Under the pieces are notes generated by a model. It was not told where the DNA came from. It ran no database searches and saw only the letters and a program-made list of their open reading frames with translations. 32,282 nt of DNA from Saprospira sp. (lineage in GTDB: Bacteria > Bacteroidota > Bacteroidia > Chitinophagales > Saprospiraceae). Shown one piece after another: positions 28,450 to 32,282 of this stretch. A program made the position numbers and the translations under genes. Position 1 is the first letter of the stretch. Each line of letters starts with the position of its first letter. The DNA lies in the NCBI GenBank assembly GCA_044372845.1, contig JBILRD010000001.1:1-32282 (forward strand), given 5' to 3'.

Positions 28450-29454
28450 ATGGAAGCAAAAAATGAAATAGAAAAATTAAGAGATTTGATCATCTCTGGA
28501 GATATAAATAATATCAATTTAGCACTTTCAATAGGAAGAAGTTTAGATATTGACATTCTATTATTTTACAAGGCTGTCAGAGAATGTATAGATTTTTACG
28601 AAAAGCACAAAAAGCAATTATACGGAACACTTAAATTTTTTAGAGAAGTAGATCAGTACGGAATTATTTTAAAAAATTTAAATCTGTTTTATATTCCTGA
28701 TGCTTTTTCAGCGCTATCTGACTATACACAAAGCCTAGACCTTAGCTACAATAAATTATATAATCTTCCACCCCTTGTATCAAAGCTAAAAAAGTTAAAA
28801 AAAATAGATTTATCATACAATAACCTAACTAATATTCCCGATGAGATATGGGAATTGCCAAATTTAGAGGAGTTAAGAATAGACCACAATTTGATTTTAA
28901 AACTTTCTAGTAAAATAGAGAGAGCGACTAAACTCAAAAAATTATCTTTAAGTTGTTATAATAAACAAACTATCTGCCAATCCATTGTAAATGTCGAAAG
29001 CTTAGAAAACTTGGCAATACATTTTAAACAAGGAATTACAATTCCTTCTATAGTTTTTGAATTGAGAACTTTGAAACAGTTGTATCTCTTTGGCCCTGAA
29101 ATAGACAAACTATCAGATAATATTTCTAATCTTCAAAATCTGGATTGTCTAGGTATTTTAAATTCTACAGTAAAGCAATTACCAGTAAACATCTCTAAAA
29201 TAAGATATCTAAAGAAGGTAGAACTTATCAATCTTCCTTATTTAAATCAAATTCCCGAAGCGATATTCGAGCTGGAAAAATTGGAAGAGTTAAATTTAGA
29301 AAATACTTGTATTGAAAGTATTTCACCTAAATTAAGACATTTGCCTAATCTTAAAAAAATCAACATCAGAAACGATCAGATTTCTGTAGAAAAAAAATTA
29401 GCCTGGAAAACTAGATTAGAAGCATGGAAACCAGGAATAATGGTTGAATATTGA
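28450..29454 (+). CDS. Leucine-rich repeat protein
   Basis: Repeated LxxLxLxxNxLxxLPxxI units of about 23 aa, e.g. LKKIDLSYNNLTNIPDEIWELPNLEELRIDHN. Confidence 0.9.
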   Translation: MEAKNEIEKLRDLIISGDINNINLALSIGRSLDIDILLFYKAVRECIDFYEKHKKQLYGTLKFFREVDQYGIILKNLNLFYIPDAFSALSDYTQSLDLSYNKLYNLPPLVSKLKKLKKIDLSYNNLTNIPDEIWELPNLEELRIDHNLILKLSSKIERATKLKKLSLSCYNKQTICQSIVNVESLENLAIHFKQGITIPSIVFELRTLKQLYLFGPEIDKLSDNISNLQNLDCLGILNSTVKQLPVNISKIRYLKKVELINLPYLNQIPEAIFELEKLEELNLENTCIESISPKLRHLPNLKKINIRNDQISVEKKLAWKTRLEAWKPGIMVEY

Positions 29455-29461
29455 TTTCAAT

Positions 29462-30907
29462 TTAACATTCACTTAATCCAATAGGAATTTGAACGGCCAA
29501 ACCACCCTCAGCAGTTTCTTTGTATTTGTGATTCATATCCAAAGCAGTTTCCCACATGGCATGGATAACTTCATCAAGATCTACTTTGGCGTTTTCCGGT
29601 TGGGTTTCCATAGCGAGGTAGGCAGCGTTTATGGCCTTGATGGCACCCATAGAATTTCTTTCAATGCAGGGAATTTGAACCAATCCACCTACAGGATCAC
29701 AGGTCATACCAAGATGATGTTCCATGGCTATTTCAGCAGCAACAAGAGATTGTCTAAAACTGCCGCCCAAACATTCCGTCAAGGCAGCTGCAGCCATAGC
29801 TGAAGAAACTCCGATCTCGGCCTGACAGCCACCCATAGCAGCTGAAATGGTAGCATTTATTTTGAAAAGGATTCCAATCTGTCCGGCTGTCAATAAAAAT
29901 CTGGCGATATTTTCCTCTTTGTATTGATCAGAAAAACAGATATAATACATTAAGACAGCAGGAATCACTCCTGCCGCCCCATTGGTTGGTGCTGTAACAA
30001 CTCGACCAAAAGCAGCATTCTGCTCGTTCACTGCCAATGCAAAGCAACTGACCCATTTAAAAATATCCTGATGTTGGAAACTTTTGCTTTTGATAGCTTT
30101 CATCCATGAATCTGCATCGTCATAGCTTTGCTCCTCCATCAATTTTTGAACAATCTTTTTGGAACGACGGTGTACATTGAGTCCACCGGGAAGAATACCT
30201 TCATTATGACAACCTTTGAAGATACATTCCTTCATCACCTGCCAAATATCATTTGCTCTATCCAATGTCTCTTGTCGGGTCCTCCATTGTTTTTCTCGCT
30301 GTATTACAAAATCACTGATAGAGGAATCCTCCATCGACTCACAGTAGCGAATGATATCTTTGGCTTTTTTGACAGAATATTCAGTAATGGTAGCGGCTAG
30401 ATTTTCATTTTCATTGATAGATGGAGCAGTTATAGCAGATTCCCATTCAATAAAACCACCACCTACAGAATAGTAAGTTTCTGTTATAGTTTGATTTTCA
30501 AAAATAGCTGTAACCTTTAAGGCATTAGGATGGTAAGGAAGGTTTTCAAGTTTAAATTTTATATCGCGGTCATATTCAAATGAAATTTTATGACGCCCTA
30601 AAATATTTAAAGTTTTAGAAGCTTTGACATTCTGTATTCTTGCACCTAATAAATCAGTATCTGTTGTTTGTGGTAATTCGCCAAGTAATCCCATTGTTAC
30701 GGCAATATCTGTTCCGTGCCCAATTCCTGTTTTAGCAAGAGACCCATATAATTCGATCTGCAATGACTTGATTTTTTGAATATTGCCATGTCCAACCTTA
30801 GTCCCCAAAAAATGTAACATGGCATTCCATGGCCCTAAAGTATGAGAACTTGAGGGGCCTACGCCCACTTTAAACATATCAAAAACACTGATAGAATCAT
30901 TATTCAT
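29462..30907 (-). CDS. sdaA: L-serine ammonia-lyase, Fe-S dependent, single-chain
   Basis: [71 protein letters not shown]. Confidence 0.96.
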   Translation of the reverse strand: MNNDSISVFDMFKVGVGPSSSHTLGPWNAMLHFLGTKVGHGNIQKIKSLQIELYGSLAKTGIGHGTDIAVTMGLLGELPQTTDTDLLGARIQNVKASKTLNILGRHKISFEYDRDIKFKLENLPYHPNALKVTAIFENQTITETYYSVGGGFIEWESAITAPSINENENLAATITEYSVKKAKDIIRYCESMEDSSISDFVIQREKQWRTRQETLDRANDIWQVMKECIFKGCHNEGILPGGLNVHRRSKKIVQKLMEEQSYDDADSWMKAIKSKSFQHQDIFKWVSCFALAVNEQNAAFGRVVTAPTNGAAGVIPAVLMYYICFSDQYKEENIARFLLTAGQIGILFKINATISAAMGGCQAEIGVSSAMAAAALTECLGGSFRQSLVAAEIAMEHHLGMTCDPVGGLVQIPCIERNSMGAIKAINAAYLAMETQPENAKVDLDEVIHAMWETALDMNHKYKETAEGGLAVQIPIGLSEC

Positions 30908-31056
30908 AGCAATACATCAATTTTTAAAAAGCATAGAAAGATACTAATGTTAATAATAAAAAAAAGACTATTGCGATTAAAAATTTGTTAATACCGATAA
31001 TATTCGAAATAATATTGCAAAAAATGTACTGTATTTTATTGGCATTAAAATTAAAT

Positions 31057-31088
31057 AAAAAAGCCATCCGTTGAAAGATGGCTTTTTT
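31057..31088 (-). terminator. Intrinsic terminator after ahcY
   Basis: AAAAAAGCCATC-cgttgaaa-GATGGCTTTTTT. Confidence 0.82.
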
Positions 31089-31107
31089 GAATGATATTTA
31101 AAAAATC

Positions 31108-32282
31108 TTAGTATCTGTAGTATTCTGGTTTGAATGGACCATTTTGTTCCACACCAATATAGTCAGCTTGTTTTGTGTTAAGTTCTTCTAATTCAACACC
31201 AATTTTTGCAAGGTGAAGTCTGGCAACTTCCTCATCAAGGTGTTTTGGAAGCATATAAACCTGATTAGAATATTTACCAGCGTTTCTATTGTTCCAAAGT
31301 TCTAATTGTGCCAATGTTTGATTAGTAAAGGAGTTAGACATTACAAAAGAAGGGTGTCCTGTTGCACAACCTAAATTTACCAAACGACCTTCAGCTAAAA
31401 CGATGATATCACGTCCTTCGATATTATAAAGATCTACTTGTGGTTTGATATTGATTTTTGTTGAGCCATAGTTTTTGTTCAACCAAGCCATGTCGATTTC
31501 ATTGTCAAAATGTCCGATATTACAAACGATTGTTTTATCCTTCATCATTTTGAAATGTTCAGCAGAAATAATATCACAGTTTCCTGTAGCTGTAACGATG
31601 ATATCAGCTCTAGGAATAGCATTGGACATTTTCTTTACTTCAAAACCGTCCATAGCTGCTTGAAGAGCGCAGATGGGATCGATTTCGGTAACAATAACAC
31701 GGCAACCTGAACCTTGTAATGAAGCAGCAGTACCTTTTCCAACATCACCATAACCTGCTACTACAGCGACTTTACCAGCCATCATAACATCTGTTGCACG
31801 ACGAATTGCATCAACAGCAGATTCTTTACAACCGTATTTATTATCAAATTTTGACTTGGTTACTGAGTCATTAACATTGATAGCAGGCATTGGAAGGGTA
31901 CCTTTTTTAACACGCTCGTATAAACGATGTACACCTGTTGTAGTCTCTTCAGAAATACCATAAACACCTTTGGCCATTTCTGGATATTTGTCAAGAACTA
32001 CATTGGTAAGGTCGCCACCATCATCCAGGATCATATTCATGGATTGACCGCCGGAAAATGCATATAATGTTTGTTCAACACACCACTCATATTCCTCTTC
32101 AGTCATACCTTTCCATGCGAATACAGGGATACCGGCAGCAGCAATAGCAGCAGCGGCATGATCTTGTGTAGAGAAAATGTTACAAGAAGACCAGGTTACT
32201 TCGGCACCAAGTTCAACCAATGTTTCGATTAGTACAGCTGTTTGAATAGTCATGTGAAGACATCCGGCGATACGAGCACCTT
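31108..32282 (-). CDS. ahcY: Adenosylhomocysteinase (5' end outside the window)
   Basis: Frame stays open to the window edge ([16 protein letters not shown]); [47 protein letters not shown]. Confidence 0.98.
   Translation of the reverse strand, partial: GARIAGCLHMTIQTAVLIETLVELGAEVTWSSCNIFSTQDHAAAAIAAAGIPVFAWKGMTEEEYEWCVEQTLYAFSGGQSMNMILDDGGDLTNVVLDKYPEMAKGVYGISEETTTGVHRLYERVKKGTLPMPAINVNDSVTKSKFDNKYGCKESAVDAIRRATDVMMAGKVAVVAGYGDVGKGTAASLQGSGCRVIVTEIDPICALQAAMDGFEVKKMSNAIPRADIIVTATGNCDIISAEHFKMMKDKTIVCNIGHFDNEIDMAWLNKNYGSTKINIKPQVDLYNIEGRDIIVLAEGRLVNLGCATGHPSFVMSNSFTNQTLAQLELWNNRNAGKYSNQVYMLPKHLDEEVARLHLAKIGVELEELNTKQADYIGVEQNGPFKPEYYRY

Noticed and set aside
30997-31016. ATAATATT-cgaa-ATAATATT upstream of sdaA
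   Set aside because: Pure A/T 8-mers are expected by chance in this spacer; no supporting regulator
1260-31710. Many 60-150 aa ORFs nested in or antisense to long genes (e.g. 1260-1664, 6086-6409, 9770-10114, 18977-19426, 20858-21274, 29489-29803)
   Set aside because: They overlap well-supported genes, have no recognisable motifs, and are expected shadow frames
1-32282. CRISPR array, IS element, prophage, rRNA, riboswitch or known defence operon
   Set aside because: No repeat-spacer periodicity or hallmark genes seen by eye; intergenic gaps are all under about 230 nt. Covariance-model searches were not run.

Overview
AT-rich housekeeping region of a Bacteroidota chromosome. TAnnTTTG/TTTG promoters, no obvious Shine-Dalgarno sites and the gene content support this; Saprospiraceae/Chitinophagales affinity is an inference. 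Order: birA (partial, missed by the ORF track), rsfS, ftsH, LUD protein; frr, pyrH, tsf, rpsB, rpsI, rplM; AGMO-like desaturase, beta-barrel OMP, MFS; rfbA; eukaryote-type citrate synthase; DUF2851; GT2, B12 radical SAM, uncharacterised membrane protein, RemB/Wzi-like OMP; PfkB kinase; tRNA-Asn, rnhB, HU, TPR, bS22-like 31-aa ORF (missed by the ORF track), rne/rng; fahA; LRR protein; sdaA; ahcY (partial). I saw no CRISPR array, integrase, transposase or prophage gene, and no clearly new multi-gene system. Best leads: a fahA C-terminal frameshift, a 21-nt promoter element shared by the tRNA and rplM operons, a palindrome inside a 23-bp terminator stem, a G1:C72 tRNA-Asn, a low-GC antisense LRR gene, and two uncharacterised envelope/lipid gene runs.
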